DNA of 24,000 nt, taken from the NCBI GenBank assembly GCA_019420325.1, contig JAHZHK010000002.1, forward strand, positions 10,102-34,101. Direction: 5' to 3'. Made by a program: the position numbers and the translations under genes. Shown one piece after another: positions 23,770 to 24,000 of this stretch (position 1 is the first letter of the stretch; every line of letters begins with the position of its first letter). Under the pieces are notes generated by a model. The model saw only the letters and a program-made list of their open reading frames with translations. It was not told the origin of the DNA and ran no database searches. Origin of the DNA: Coriobacteriaceae bacterium (lineage in GTDB: Bacteria; Actinomycetota; Coriobacteriia; Coriobacteriales; UMGS124).

Positions 23770-24000
23770 CTATGCTGGGGTTTTCTTGGCTTTGCGCTGG
23801 GTTGCCAACGCATGGGCGAGCAACGTGAGCGCAACTCCGGTGGCAGCACCGCAGCAGTCAAGTAGGACGTCGCTTACCTGTCCCGAGCGCCCCTCGACGA
23901 AGAGCTGGATGGTCTCGTCACAGCTCGGCACGCCCACAAGCAGCGCGGCGCACAGCACGACGGCACCTGTGCAGCGAGGCGAGCGATGGGGCGTAAACGC
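23770..24000 (-). CDS. VanZ-like family membrane protein, C-terminal part (CDS continues past the right edge)
   Basis: The C-terminus DETIQLFVEGRSGQVSDVLLDCCGAATGVAL resembles the VanZ DE..Q.F.pGR...DV..n..G motif. The frame stays open upstream of the track start (GTG 23958) to base 24000. Confidence 0.55.
   Translation of the reverse strand, partial: AFTPHRSPRCTGAVVLCAALLVGVPSCDETIQLFVEGRSGQVSDVLLDCCGAATGVALTLLAHALATQRKAKKTPA

Overview
GC-rich bacterial chromosomal window with strong GC3 bias and many long antisense shadow ORFs. The gene content suggests a high-GC Gram-positive organism, probably Coriobacteriia/Eggerthellaceae-like; that placement is inference only. About two thirds is housekeeping: glmU-prs-pth, an NfnAB/GltD-type oxidoreductase pair, asnS, rsmD, a PNPOx-family gene, an initiator-like tRNA-Met, a stand-alone EF-G paralogue, an alanine/glycine:cation symporter, rdgB and dtd. 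Interleaved with these are two accessory-looking modules. Each pairs a polytopic-membrane LuxR-family regulator with a Tat-exported FAD flavoprotein of the fumarate-reductase/KstD superfamily. Module 1 (12667-16212) is divergently arranged. Its flavoprotein appears to lack every fumarate-reductase catalytic residue, looks KstD-like and has 13 Cys. Module 2 (19340-22969) is tandem, with a strong terminator between regulator and enzyme. Its enzyme carries an N-terminal FMN-binding domain with a covalent-flavinylation motif and keeps the His/Arg/His/Arg catalytic set. A short motif, GCAAGGC(A/G), is clustered in the leaders of both reductases and upstream of the second regulator, always oriented with the downstream gene. 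A Phd/ParE-type toxin-antitoxin pair lies immediately downstream of LuxR regulator 1. The 3' end of the window holds three copies of a 26-nt direct repeat bracketing two long, related hairpins; this is not a CRISPR array. No transposase, integrase, CRISPR array or rRNA was seen. All calls come from reading the sequence and recalling family motifs. No database search was possible, so family assignments below domain level need confirmation.
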